Positions 31,890 through 44,193 of a stretch of 64,000 bases of DNA are shown piece after piece. The DNA comes from an uncultured Planctomycetaceae bacterium (GTDB lineage Bacteria; Planctomycetota; Planctomycetia; Isosphaerales; Isosphaeraceae): positions 1,216,001-1,280,000 of the forward strand of contig CAWIAD010000001.1 in the NCBI GenBank assembly GCA_963833985.1, given 5' to 3'. The translations under genes were made by a program, and so were the position numbers. Under the pieces are notes generated by a model that saw only the letters and a program-made list of their open reading frames with translations, made no database searches and was not told where the DNA came from. The stretch's first letter is position 1. The number at the start of each line of letters is the position of its first letter.

Positions 31890-33307
31890 TCACAGGTCGA
31901 AGTAGAGGAAGAACTCGTACGGCACGGGGCGTAGGTTCACTGGCGCCAGCTCGCGCTCGCGCTTGTAGGTGAGCCAGGTCTCGATGACGTCCTTGGTGAA
32001 AACGCTGCCCTTGAGCAGGAACTCGTGGTCGGCCTCCAGCGCGTCGAGCACCTCGCCAAGCGAGCCCGGCGTGCTCTTGACCTTTTCGGCCTCCTCGGGC
32101 TCGAGGTCGTAGAGGTCCTTGTCGATGGGGTCGCCCGGGTCGATCTTGTTCTGCACGCCGTCCAGCCCCGCCATGAGCATGGCGGAGAAGGCGAGGTAGG
32201 GATTGCAGGACGGGTCCGGGCAGCGGAACTCGATGCGCTTGGACTTCGGGCTCTTGCTGTAGATGGGAATGCGGACAGCCGCGGAGCGGTTGCGCTGCGA
32301 GTAAACCAGGTTCACGGGCGCCTCGTAGCCGGGTACCAGCCGGCGGTACGAGTTGGTGGTGGGGGCACAGAGCGCCAGCAGCGCGGGGGCATGCTTGAGC
32401 AAGCCTCCGATGTAGTGGCGCGCCGTCTGGCTGATCTGGCCGTAGCCCTTCTCATCCCAGAAGAGGTTCGTCTCACCCTTCCAGAGGCTCTGGTGACAGT
32501 GCATCCCCGAGCCGTTATCGCCGAAGATTGGCTTGGGCATGAAGGTGACCACCTTGCCGTGCTTGCGCCACGTTGCGGATGATGTACTTGTAATACATCA
32601 GGCTGTCGGCCAGCCTTGTGAGCGGGCCGAACCGCATGTCGATCTCGGCCTGGCCGGCGGTGCCGACCTCGTGGTGGTGCACCTCGATGGGCACGCCCAC
32701 CTTCTCGAGCGTCAGGATCATCTCGGAGCGGAGATCCTGGAACTGGTCGGCGGGCGGGCAGGGGAAGTAGCCTTCCTTGTGCCGCAGCTTGTAGCCCAGG
32801 TTCGGGCCCTCCTGGCGGCCGGTGTTCCAGACGCCCTCCACCGAGTCAATGAAGTAATAGCCGCCCTGCGCCGACTGATCGTAACGGACGTCGTCAAAGA
32901 TGTAGAACTCGGCTTCCGGTCCCCAGTAGCTGATATCGGCAATGCCGGTGTTCTTGAGGTAGGCCTCGGCCTTCTGGGCGATGTGCCGGGGATCGCGCGT
33001 GTATGGTTCCCGCGTGACGGGGTCCTGCACACTGCAAATCATGCTCAGCGTGGGAATCTGGAGCACCGGGTCGACGAAGGCGGTCTCCGGATCCGGGATC
33101 AGCAGCATGTCGCTTTCCTGGATCTGCTGGTAACCGCGGATGCTCGACCCGTCGAATCCCAGCCCGTCGGTGTACATGTCATCGGACAGCTCGCGCAGGG
33201 AGCGAGAAATGCTGCCACACGCCGGGCAAGTCGACGAACCGCAGATCGATGATTTCAACCTTGGAATCATCCACGAGTTTCTTGACGTCGTTGGGTGATC
33301 TGGACAT
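31890..33307 (-). CDS. glnA: Glutamine synthetase type I (frameshifts near 32567 and 33195)
   Basis: [62 protein letters not shown] adenylylation site. Confidence 0.95.
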
Positions 33308-33808
33308 GCTCCCCCCTCCCTTGTTGAAGTGCGGCAGCCGGTACCGTGCCGGCAGGTACGGGGCCGGAGCCGACTCTCGTTTGATAGTGGCTCGGCGGGC
33401 GAAATGCAAGAAGCAACCGCCGTTGCACTTCTGATCGAGGCGGGATCGGTCTCATGGAAACCGAGGCAAATCCACATGCGATCAGCCGAGGGCGGGCCGT
33501 GCATCTCCGCTGGCGCGTCTTCATAAAAACAACTTCAGCTTTTCCGTCAACCTCTTGACAAACGTGAATCCACTGAAATGATGAAATGTTACGCTGGTAA
33601 GGTCAGCCGCTCGTTTCGTGTGACCAAATCCCCGAAGGTCTCGGAGTCCATGACCTACTTGCGGGAGTGATCGGGAAGGCCCGATACTTGAAGCAACGAC
33701 GCGTTTGCCCGCTCTTGGGGCGCCTGCGTCAGCCTTGGGATCAGAGCGCCTGAGATCATCTGCCTTCCAGGACGGTCCGGACGCCGGCTCATCGCAGGGG
33801 ACCCGCGC

Positions 33809-34060
33809 ATGTGTCTGGGGATACCCGGCAAGGTCGTGGAAACGTTCCATGAGGACGGAGTTCTCATGGGTAAGGTTGATTTCGGTGGAATCCAGAAGCA
33901 GGTCTGCCTGGAGCACGTCCCCGAAGCTGCAATCAGCGACTACGTGCTCGTTCACGTCGGCTTCGCGCTCTCGCGGATCGACCCGGAGGAAGCCGTCCGG
34001 GTCTTCGAGTTTCTGGAGCGGATGAACCAGCTCGACGAGCTGGAGGTGCCTCCGCCATGA
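33809..34060 (+). CDS. hypC: Hydrogenase chaperone HypC
   Basis: MCLGIPGKV, DYVLVHVGFA. Confidence 0.95.
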   Translation: MCLGIPGKVVETFHEDGVLMGKVDFGGIQKQVCLEHVPEAAISDYVLVHVGFALSRIDPEEAVRVFEFLERMNQLDELEVPPP

Positions 34061-35180
34061 AATACGTGGACGAGTATCGCGACGGCGAGGCCGCGGGAAG
34101 GCTGGCGCAGGCGATTGCGCAGCGTCACGAGGCCGTGGACGATCATGGAAGTCTGCGGCGGGCAAACTCATACGATCGTCAAGTATGGAATTGACCGGCT
34201 CGTGCCGTCCGCGGTGGAGCTGGTGCACGGCCCCGGCTGCCCCGTGTGCGTCACCTCCCTGGAGATGATTGACCGGGCGCTCGCCATCGCCGCGCGGCCG
34301 GAGGTGACCTTCTGCTCGTTCGGGGACATGCTGCGCGTGCCGGGCTCGCGGGGCGACCTGCTCCAGCTCAAGTCGATGGGCGCTGATGTGCGCGTGGTCT
34401 ACTCGCCGCTGGACGCCGTGAACCTGGCGGCCGAGCGGACCGACCGCCAGGTCGTGTTCTTCGCGATCGGCTTCGAGACGACCGCGCCGGCCAATGCCAT
34501 GGCCGTCTGGATGGCCCGCAAGAGGCGGCTGCGCAACTTCAGCGTGCTCGTCTCACACGTCCTGGTGCCGCCGATGCTGGAGGCCCTGCTCCAGGCGGAG
34601 GACAACCGGGTCCAGGGTTTCCTGGGGCCCGGCCACGTCTGCACCGTGATGGGGACCTCCGAGTACGAACCGATCAGCCGCCGTTTCCATGTGCCCATCG
34701 TGGTCACCGGCTTCGAGCCGCTCGATCTGCTCGATGGGATTCTCCGTACGGTCCGCCAGCTCGAGGGGGGCCGCGGAGAGCTGGAGAACCAGTACGCCCG
34801 CGCCGTGCGGCCGGAAGGCAACCTGCCCGCGCAAGCTGCTCGACGAGGTCTTCGAGGTCTGCGACCGCAACTGGCGCGGGCTTGGTCTCGTGCCCGCCAG
34901 CGGCTACACGCTGCGCCCCGCGTACCGCGCGCTGGACGCCGAGCAGATCTACCAGGTCGACCAGATCAAGACCGAGGAGTCCGCGGTGTGCATCAGCGGC
35001 CAGGTGCTCAAGGGGCTCAAGAAGCCCCATCACTGCCCCGCGTTCGGTACGCTGTGCACGCCCCAGAACCCGCTGGGAGCCACCATGGTCTCCAGTGAAG
35101 GCGCGTGCGCCGCGTATTATGCCTATGGCCGGCACCTGGAAACCAGCGCGCCCGCTGCGCTCCAGACTGCACAGGTCTGA
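34057..35180 (+). CDS. hypD: Hydrogenase maturation protein HypD (frameshifts near 34118 and 34830)
   Basis: [40 protein letters not shown]. Confidence 0.93.
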
Positions 35181-35216
35181 GCAGCAGTCCGCTCGACGGA
35201 AGGACGTGGATCGCGC

Positions 35217-36317
35217 ATGGGCAAGATTGAACAACCGCTGGCGCAGGGCAACCTGGGCACCTGCCCGCTGCCGCAATCGAGGTACGACCATATTGTGCTG
35301 GGCCACGGCAGTGGCGGCAAGCTGACCTCGGACCTGATCGAGAAGCTGTTCCTGCCCGGCCTGGCCGACGGTGACGGACCGCTCGTCTCCCTGGAGGACC
35401 AGGCGACCCTGAGCCTGGGACCAGGCGGCCATGACGGCCGCGCCGCGCCGCGCATCGCCTTCACGACCGACTCCTTCGTCGTCCGCCCGCTCTTCTTCCC
35501 GGGAGGGGATATCGGGCAGCTCGCCGTTCATGGCACGGTCAACGACCTGGCCGTCGGCGGCGCCCGGCCGCTCTACATCTCGGCCGCCTTCATCCTCGAG
35601 GAGGGGCTGCCGCTGGCCGATCTGCGCAACATTGTCGCTTCCATGCGCCGGGCCTGCGCCCGGCGCAGGTCGCGCTGGTGACCGGCGACACCAAGGTGGT
35701 GGACCGGGGCAAGGGGGACGGGGTCTACATCACCACGTCGGGAGTCGGGCTGGTACCCGAGGGCCTGCGCGCTGTCGATTCACAACGCCAGGCCTGGAGA
35801 CGCCGTGCTCGTGTCGGGAACGCTGGGCGACCATGGCATTGCCGTGATGTCGGTACGCGAGGGCCTGGAATTCGAGACCGTGCTGGAAAGCGACACCGCG
35901 CCTTTGACAGAGCTGACCGAGGCTGTGCTGGAGGCGTGCCCGGAAACTCGCTGCATGCGCGACCCGACGCGCGGCGGGCTCTCGAGCACGCTCAACGAGC
36001 TGGCCGCGGCCTCGCATGTGGGCGTGGTCCTGGAGGAGTCGGCCATCCCCCTGCGGCCCGAGGTCGCCGGCGCCTGCGAGATGCTCGGGCTGGATCCGCT
36101 TTACGTGGCCAACGAGGGAAAGCTCGTGGCCGTTGTACCCCCGGACCGGGCGGCAGCCGCGCTCCACGCCCTGCGTTCGCACCCTCTGGGGCGGAATGCC
36201 GCGATCGTCGGCCGGGTCGTGGCCGAGCACCCCGGCCTGGTCACGATGCGCTCGCGCGTAGGCGGCCAGCGCGTGGTCACTTTACTGATGGGTGAGCAGC
36301 TACCGAGGATTTGCTGA
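35217..36317 (+). CDS. hypE: Hydrogenase maturation protein HypE (frameshifts near 35662 and 35768)
   Basis: HGSGG, GTVNDLA, TGDTKVV, RDPTRGG, ANEGK, C-terminal LPRIC. Confidence 0.93.
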
Positions 36318-37183
36318 TGCCCGCGAGCAGCCCCCAGGATCGGCCCGCCGGGTCCGACCTGTCCGGCGCGAGTCTCCCCGAGATCGCGCCCAAGAAAGCC
36401 TCGCGGCTCATCCTGCTGCATGAGATCGAGGAGGGCATCGATGCGCTCGAGCGACCGCTCCTGGGACTTTTCTTCTCGGGCCTGTCCGCCGGCCTGGACG
36501 TGGGCTTCAGCCTCTTCCTCATGGCCGTGGTGCTGACCCGCGTGGAAGGCAGGATTGCCGAGCCGGTCGCGTCTCTGCTGCTGGCGAATATGTACTCCAT
36601 CGGATTCATCTTCGTCATCCTGGGGCGCTCGGAACTGTTCACGGAGCAGACGACGCTCGCCGTGCTGCCCACGCTCAGCGGCCGTGCCACGCTCGGGGCG
36701 CTGCTCCGCTTGTGGCTTGTGGTGTTCCTGGCGAACACGCTCGGCGCGGCCGCGTTCGCGGCGATCGTCAGCGAGATCGGCCCTGCGCTCGGGGTCATCA
36801 ATCCACACGCCTTCGGCAAGCTCGCGCACTCGGTCGTGGACCATCCGGCCCGCGCCATGTTCGAGAGCGGCATCCTCGCCGGCTGGCTGATGGGCCTGCT
36901 CTCGTGGCTCATCGCCGCCGCCCGGGACACGATCAGTCAAATTGTGCTGGTTTGGCTTGTAACTAGCGTGATCGGTTTTGCGAACTTGCACCACGCGATC
37001 GTCGGGACGGCAGAGGTGCTGGCAGGGGCGCTCACGGGTCAGGGCATCAGCGGCGAGGACATCGGCCGGTTCCTGGTCTTCGTGACGCTCGGCAACATCG
37101 TGGGCGGCGTCGTCTTCGTGGCGTTCCTCAAGTATGGCCTGGCCCGACCCGGGGCGCAGGCGGCATCGGTGGCGGATTCCTGA
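36317..37183 (+). CDS. Formate/nitrite transporter (FNT) family channel, YfdC-like
   Basis: About six TM segments; SGLSAGL, YSIGFIFVILGRSELFTEQT, AGWLMG, LHHAI, GNIVGG; TGATG-coupled to hypE. Confidence 0.88.
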   Translation: MPASSPQDRPAGSDLSGASLPEIAPKKASRLILLHEIEEGIDALERPLLGLFFSGLSAGLDVGFSLFLMAVVLTRVEGRIAEPVASLLLANMYSIGFIFVILGRSELFTEQTTLAVLPTLSGRATLGALLRLWLVVFLANTLGAAAFAAIVSEIGPALGVINPHAFGKLAHSVVDHPARAMFESGILAGWLMGLLSWLIAAARDTISQIVLVWLVTSVIGFANLHHAIVGTAEVLAGALTGQGISGEDIGRFLVFVTLGNIVGGVVFVAFLKYGLARPGAQAASVADS

Positions 37184-37207
37184 ATCCCCCTGAAAGGAGG
37201 AGTCCTC

Positions 37208-38304
<1,097 letters not shown>

Positions 38305-38317
<13 letters not shown>

Positions 38318-40104
38318 CTGCTCCCCAGCGCACCCGGGCATCCGACACCGGCAAGCTCGTGGAGATGTCCTGGGACCCCATCACCCGCATCGTGGGCAGC
38401 CTGGGAATCTACACCAAGATTGATTTCGCCAACCGGCAGGTCGCCGAGTGCCACAGCACCTCATCGATCTTCCGCGGTTACAGCATCTTCATGAAGGGGA
38501 AAGACCCGCGCGATTCGCACTTCATCACCAGCCGGATCTGCGGCATCTGCGGCGACAACCACGCCACCTGTGCCTGCTACGCCCAGAACATGGCCTTCGG
38601 CGTGCGCCCGCCCGACATGGGCGAGTGGATCGTCAACCTGGGCGAAGCCGCGGAATACATGTTCGACCATAACATCTACCAGGATAACCTGGTCGGTGTC
38701 GACTTCTGCGAGCAGATGGTCAAGGAGACGAATTCCGGCGTCTGGGACAAGGCGCAGCACACGAACTCGCCCCATTACGGCGACCACCCGTACCGCACCA
38801 TCGCCGACATCATGCGGGCGCTGAACCCGTTCACCGGCGAATTCTACCGCGAAGCCCTGCTCATGAGCCGGATGACGCGGGAGATGTTCTGCCTCATGGA
38901 AGGGCGGCACGTGCACCCCTCCACCCTCTATCCCGGCGGCGTCGGCACGGTCCCCACCCAGCAGCTCTTCACCGACTACCTCGTGCGCCTCATGAAGTAC
39001 GTCGAGTTCATGAAGAAAGTCGTCCCCATGCACGACGACCTCTTCGACTTCTTCTACGAGGCGCTCCCCGGCTACGAGGAAGTGGGCAGGCGGCGCGTCC
39101 TGCTGGGCTGCTGGGGCTCGTGGAACGACCCCAAGGTGTGCGACTACACCTACCGCAACATGAACGAGTGGGGCAAGGCGATGTTCGTCACGCCCGCGGT
39201 GATCGTGGACGGCAAGGCGGTGACGAACAACCTGGTGGACATCAACCTGGGCATCCGCATCCTGCTTGGCCACTCCTACTACGATGACTGGGGCGAGGAT
39301 GGCGAGGTGTTCGTCCCGCGCGATCCCCTGGGCAACCCGGTCGATCGCCGGCATCCCTGGAACCAGACCACGATCCCGCGCCCGCAGAAGCGCGATTTCA
39401 ACGGCAACTACTCCTGGGTGATGTGCCCGCGCTGGCTCGATCCCAGCACCGGCGACCACCTGGCACTCGACACCGGCGGCGGACCCATCGCCCGGCTCTG
39501 GGCCACGGCGCTGGCGGGCCTTGTTGATATCGGGTACATCAAGGCCACCGGCCAGAGCGTGAAGATTTACCTGCCCAAGACGATGTCGCTGCCGGACGTC
39601 GAGTTCGAGTGGAAGATTCCCAGGTGGAGCAACGCCATCGAGCGCGACCGGGCGCGGACCTACTTCCAGGCCTATTCAGCCGCGGCCGCGCTCTACTTCG
39701 CCGAGCGGGCGATGGAAGAGCTGCACGCCGGCCGGACGCGCACCTGGACCGACTTCAAGGTCCCCGAGAACGCCATCGGCTGCGGCTTCCATGAGGCGGT
39801 GCGCGGCGTGCTGTCGCATCACGTGGTGATCCGCGACGGCAAGATCGCCAACTACCACCCCTATCCGCCCACGCCCTGGAACGCGACCCCGCGCGACGTT
39901 TACGGCACGCCGGGCCCCTACGAGGACGCGGTGCAGAACACGCCCATCTTCGAGGAGAACGGCCCCGACAAGTTCAAGGGTATCGACATCATGCGGGCGG
40001 TGCGCAGCTTCGACCCGTGCCTGCCCTGCGGCGTGCACATGTACCTGGGCAACGGCAAACTGCTCGATGTGAAGCACGTGCCGATGTTCGGAGCACACTC
40101 GTAG
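38305..40104 (+). CDS. hhyL: Group 1h [NiFe]-hydrogenase large subunit
   Basis: L1 TSRICGICGDNH, L2 SFDPCLPCGVH, and WDPITRIVGSLG. Confidence 0.95.
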
Positions 40105-40105
40105 C

Positions 40106-40144
40106 GCACATGCCCGCGAGGCGAGTGCACATGCCCGCGAGGCG
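40106..40144. repeat. Short tandem duplication GCACATGCCCGCGAGGCG x2
   Basis: Identical 18-mers at 40106 and 40127, immediately after the hhyL stop. Confidence 0.8.
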
Positions 40145-40167
40145 TTCGCCGCACGGCCAGGGGGAGC

Positions 40168-40719
40168 GTGACGATGGATTCTCCGGAACTGCGTGCCTTT
40201 CAGGACCAGCTCGGGCGGCTTGACTCCTTGCTCCGGAGCATCGGCCGTCTGGCGGATACCCCGGCGGGAGAGCAATACCGCGACGCGGTGCAGGCCATCC
40301 TGGACCTTCATGGCTCCGGCCTGGCGCGCCTGCTGTGCTTGCTGCAAGACGCCGGGGGCGAAGGCGCGAAGGTCCTCGACGCCTGCATCCGCGACGAGAT
40401 CGTGGGGGGGCTGCTGCTCCTGCACGGCCTGCATCCGCAGAGCCTGGAGGAGCGCGTGCACGAGGCCCTCGAGCAGGTGCGTCCCTTCCTCCGCTCACAT
40501 GGGGGGAACGTCCAGCTTCTGCGCATCAACGACGGCGTCATCAGGCTCCGGCTGGAGGGAAGCTGCCACGGCTGCCCCTCCTCCGCCGCCACCATGAAGC
40601 AGACCATCGAGGAGGCCATCCTGGGGCGGGCGCCCGATGCGATCGGAGTGCAGGTGGAAGGCGTCGTGGAAGAGCCCGCCGTCACCCCAGGGGGCCACGC
40701 GCTTCACGTTCTTCAATAA
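40168..40719 (+). CDS. NifU-domain Fe-S protein of the group 1h cluster
   Basis: LLLLHGLHP, VRPFLRSHGGNV, GSCHGCPSS. Confidence 0.9.
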   Translation: MTMDSPELRAFQDQLGRLDSLLRSIGRLADTPAGEQYRDAVQAILDLHGSGLARLLCLLQDAGGEGAKVLDACIRDEIVGGLLLLHGLHPQSLEERVHEALEQVRPFLRSHGGNVQLLRINDGVIRLRLEGSCHGCPSSAATMKQTIEEAILGRAPDAIGVQVEGVVEEPAVTPGGHALHVLQ

Positions 40720-40761
40720 CCAGGAATCGTCAGCCCGAACGGGCGGAAGGGAGAACTCAGC

Positions 40762-40962
40762 ATGGCCTGGTTCGATTCTCGATCCGAGCTGCCCGCGCAC
40801 ACGCCGGGCGCGCCCCGTGGTGAGGATCTGGTACGCCGGCTCGGCCGGGAGCCGGGCCGCGAGCGCAGGAAGGGAGGACGCACGGCGCGCGATGCGACCA
40901 GCATCAACCCCGAGGCGCGCGACCCGATCGATCCGCAGATGCCGCATCTTCCTCCTGCATGA
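40762..40962 (+). CDS. Small hypothetical protein in the hydrogenase operon (66 aa)
   Basis: RBS AAGGGAG; HTPG...ATSINPEARDPIDPQMPHLPPA. Confidence 0.65.
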   Translation: MAWFDSRSELPAHTPGAPRGEDLVRRLGREPGRERRKGGRTARDATSINPEARDPIDPQMPHLPPA

Positions 40963-40974
40963 GGCAACACCATC

Positions 40975-41600
40975 ATGGTTCCGGTCCAGACCGACTCGGA
41001 CTGTGATCTGCCCCCGCTGGCATCGATCCGCAGGTTCCTCCGGCCCAGGCCGTGCGCGAGCATTGCGGCCTGTGTCACCTGGAACTGGGCGATGAGCACG
41101 CGCACCTGGTGGAGTCTGCGTCACACCGGCTGATCTGCGCGTGCGATGCCTGCGCCCTGCTCTTCAGTGGCCAGGGCGCAGCGCGGTATCGCCAGGTCCC
41201 GCGCCGGGTACGGGCGGTCCCCGGCTTCGCCATGAGCGATGCCACGTGGGACGCGCTTCAGCTACCGATCAACCTGGCCTACTTCATGCACAGCACGGCG
41301 GCCGGCCGGGTGATCGCCCTCTACCCGAGCCCCGCCGGCGCCACCGAGGCGATGGTGGAGCCGGGCGCATGGGAAAGCCTGGCGGAACAGAACCCGGTAC
41401 TGCGCGAGCTCGAACCCGACGTGGAAGGGCTGCTGGTCAACCGGGTCGGCGAGACGCGCCAGTATTTTCGGGTCGGCGTTGACCAGTGCTATCGCCTGGT
41501 CGGCGTGATCCGCACCCACTGGCGCGGGCTCTCCGGAGGGGCGCTTGTCTGGGGCGAGATCGCGCGGTTCTTCGATGAGATCCACCAGCGAGCCTCGTGA
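40975..41600 (+). CDS. Group 1h accessory protein, DUF5947-like (frameshift near 41052)
   Basis: CGLC...CACDAC, YPSPAGATE, DVEGLLVNR, WRGLSGG. Confidence 0.82.
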
Positions 41601-41617
41601 AGCAGAGAAAGGGATTC

Positions 41618-42271
41618 ATGCCAGACCTGAGCTTCCAGGTTCAGGGAGCCGAGCCCGAGCGTGATGCGGCCGTGCCGGCCCTGCGCTTCGCGCTGGAGGT
41701 CCGGGAACAGGGCGATCCGCCAACCCCCATCCACTCCGTGGCCCTGCGTTGCCAGATCCGCATCGAGCCGGCACGCCGGAGCTACAGCGGCGCCGAGCGG
41801 CAGCGGTTGCTCGATCTCTTCGGCACGCCCGACCGCTGGGGCCAGACGCTCCGTCCCATGCTCTGGACGCACACCATCGCCACCGTGCCGCCTTTCACGC
41901 GGCAGATGAGCGTGGGGCTGGTCGTCCCCTGCAACTTCGACTTCAGCCTGGCCGCCACCCGTTACTTCAGTGCCCTCGAGGACGGTGACCTGCCGCTCTG
42001 CTTCCTCTTCAGCGGCACGATCTTCTTTCAGGGTGACGAAGATCGCTTGCAGATCGCGCAGATCCCCTGGGAGAAAGAAGCCGTCTACCGGCTGCCGGCG
42101 CGCACCTGGCAGGAAGTCCGCAAGCACTACTATCCGAACACCTCCTGGCTCGGCCTGAGCAGCGACCTGTTCGATCGCCTGGAAGAGTATCGCCGCGCCC
42201 GCGGATTGCCGACCGCCGAACAGGCCCTGGAAAAGCTGCTGGGCGCGGTTGCGGGAGCAAACAAGCCATGA
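41618..42271 (+). CDS. Group 1h accessory protein, DUF6084-like
   Basis: LRCQIRIEPARRSY, LFGTPDRW, FLFSGTIF, YYPN. Confidence 0.82.
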   Translation: MPDLSFQVQGAEPERDAAVPALRFALEVREQGDPPTPIHSVALRCQIRIEPARRSYSGAERQRLLDLFGTPDRWGQTLRPMLWTHTIATVPPFTRQMSVGLVVPCNFDFSLAATRYFSALEDGDLPLCFLFSGTIFFQGDEDRLQIAQIPWEKEAVYRLPARTWQEVRKHYYPNTSWLGLSSDLFDRLEEYRRARGLPTAEQALEKLLGAVAGANKP

Positions 42272-43337
42272 ACCGAGCCCCCGTGGACCTTATCGCCCGC
42301 GCCGTGCTCTACGAGGGGTACATCCTCTATCCATACCGTCCCTCGCTCAAGAACCGCCAGCGCTGGACGTTCGGCGGGCTCTATCCTGAGGGCCATTGCG
42401 GCGTCCGGGCAGGGACCGAGAGCTGCGAGCAACGGACCGAGTGCCTGGTGATCGGAACGCCGCGAACACGCGTGGAAGTGGTGGTCCGTTTCCTGCACCT
42501 GAGGGCCCGCCGGCTGGGCGCGATCGAGCCGCCCCTCGACGCATGGAGCAGCAGCGACGAGCCGCCGTCGCGGCCCGTCGAGTCGCTCCAGGTGGACGGC
42601 CGGTCGTTCCATGCCTGGCAAGAGGCCCAGGAGCGCGAGATCGTCTGCCGCCCGCTCACGCTCGGTGCGCTCTCGCCGGGACCTTCGTGCAAGAGTTCCA
42701 GTTCTCCGGCAGCCGGAGCTGGGAGCCGTTGCGAACACCCGCGTCGGGCGCGATCGCGGGCGTCTTGATCCGCGAGCAGCACAGCATCGCGGGCACCATC
42801 GAGCTCTCGGCCGTTCAGCTCGAAGCCACGCTTTTCGGGCTCGCTGCCCGTACCGTGAACCGGACGCCCCTCACCGATCCGCATCGCTTGACACGCGATG
42901 AAGCGCTCGAGCGTGCCCTGGCCTCGACGCACGCCATCCTGGGAGTGGCAGACGGCGCCTTCGTCTCGCTCACGGACCCGCCCGAGGCGTGCCGGCAGGC
43001 CGCTGCCGCCTGCCGCAACGTGGGAGCCTGGCCCGTGCTCGTGGGAGCGGAAGGGGAGACTAGCCTGATGCTCTCAGCGCCGATCATCCTCTATGACTAT
43101 CCGCAGGTGGCGCCCGAAAGCCCCGGAGACTACTTCGACGGGACCGAGATCGACGAGATGCTCACCTTGCGGATCATGACCATGACGGACGATGAGAAGG
43201 CGGCCATGTCCGCCGTGGATGAGCGGGCCGGCGCCTTGCTGGCACGCACCGAATCGCTCGCGCGCCGGCAGCTTCTCGGTCTCCACGGCACCTTCCGCAT
43301 TCCTGGCGAGAGCCAGGCAGGAGGTCAATCGTGCTGA
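42268..43337 (+). CDS. Group 1h accessory hypothetical protein (frameshift near 42672)
   Basis: AVLYEGYILYPYR..KNRQRWTFGG; SAPIILYDYPQVAPESPGD.FDGTEIDE. Confidence 0.82.
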
Positions 43338-43639
43338 GCTGGGACCCCGATGATGGCCTGCGCAAGCTCGAGTGCCTCCACGTCGGGGCGTACGAGCTGC
43401 GGGCGGGCGACCGCGTGCGGCTGCGTCCCAGGCGACGGGCCGACATCCTGGACCTGGCGCTGGAGGGGAAGGCCGCCACCATTGCCTCGATCGAGCTGGA
43501 TTTCGAGGGCCGCTTCCACCTCGCCGTGACGGTGGATGACGACCCGGGAAGCGACCTGGGCACGCTTCGTCATCCCGGACACAGGTTCTACTTCCTGGCC
43601 GATGAGGTGGAACCTCTGGATGCCGGAGGCACCCCATGA
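43331..43639 (+). CDS. Group 1h accessory hypothetical protein (SH3-like barrel)
   Basis: GDRVRLRPRRRADI.D, DDDPG, FYFLADEVEPL. Confidence 0.8.
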   Translation: MLSWDPDDGLRKLECLHVGAYELRAGDRVRLRPRRRADILDLALEGKAATIASIELDFEGRFHLAVTVDDDPGSDLGTLRHPGHRFYFLADEVEPLDAGGTP

Positions 43640-44193
43640 CCACGCGCTACCGGATCGACGCGTCACAGAGCCGGTTCACCGTTCACGCCGATGCCACGGG
43701 GATGCTCTCGGTTCTCGGCCACAGCCCCACCTTCGCCGTCGGAGACTATCAGGGCCACGTCCACTTCGACGACGACCATCCGGGCCGGATCAATCTCGAC
43801 GTAGTCGTCAGGGCCGATTCGCTGGTCCTCACCGACCACGTTTCGCCGGCGGACCGGCGCGATATCGAGCAGCGCATGCGTGCCGAGGTGCTGGAAACGT
43901 TTCACTATCCCGAGATCCGCTACGAGGCCTGGGACAGCTCGTCCGTCGCTTCGCGGACGGCCCCTTTTCACGTGCGCATGACCGGGCGGCTGTCGCTGCA
44001 CGGAGTGACCCAGCCGCAGCCGTTCGATGCCGAGATGCGCGTCTTCCACGACGGCATTCACCTCATGGGGAGCTGCTCGCTCTGGATGTCCCGGTTCCAG
44101 ATCAAGCCCGTGACGGCGCTCGGTGGGGCCATCAAGCTGAAAGATGAGCTGAAGGTCTCCGCCACCATCGTCGCCTTGCCGGAGGCGTCGTGA
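43636..44193 (+). CDS. YceI-family polyisoprenoid-binding protein (no signal peptide)
   Basis: YRIDASQSRF, L...YPEIRY, GRLSLHGVTQP, FQIKP, LKDELKV; ATGA overlap upstream. Confidence 0.82.
   Translation: MTTRYRIDASQSRFTVHADATGMLSVLGHSPTFAVGDYQGHVHFDDDHPGRINLDVVVRADSLVLTDHVSPADRRDIEQRMRAEVLETFHYPEIRYEAWDSSSVASRTAPFHVRMTGRLSLHGVTQPQPFDAEMRVFHDGIHLMGSCSLWMSRFQIKPVTALGGAIKLKDELKVSATIVALPEAS

Noticed and set aside
31890..36317. glnA, hypD and hypE as pseudogenes or programmed frameshifts
   Set aside because: They have only isolated 1-2 nt indels, intact motifs and no slippery heptamers; the window-wide pattern points to sequencing error.
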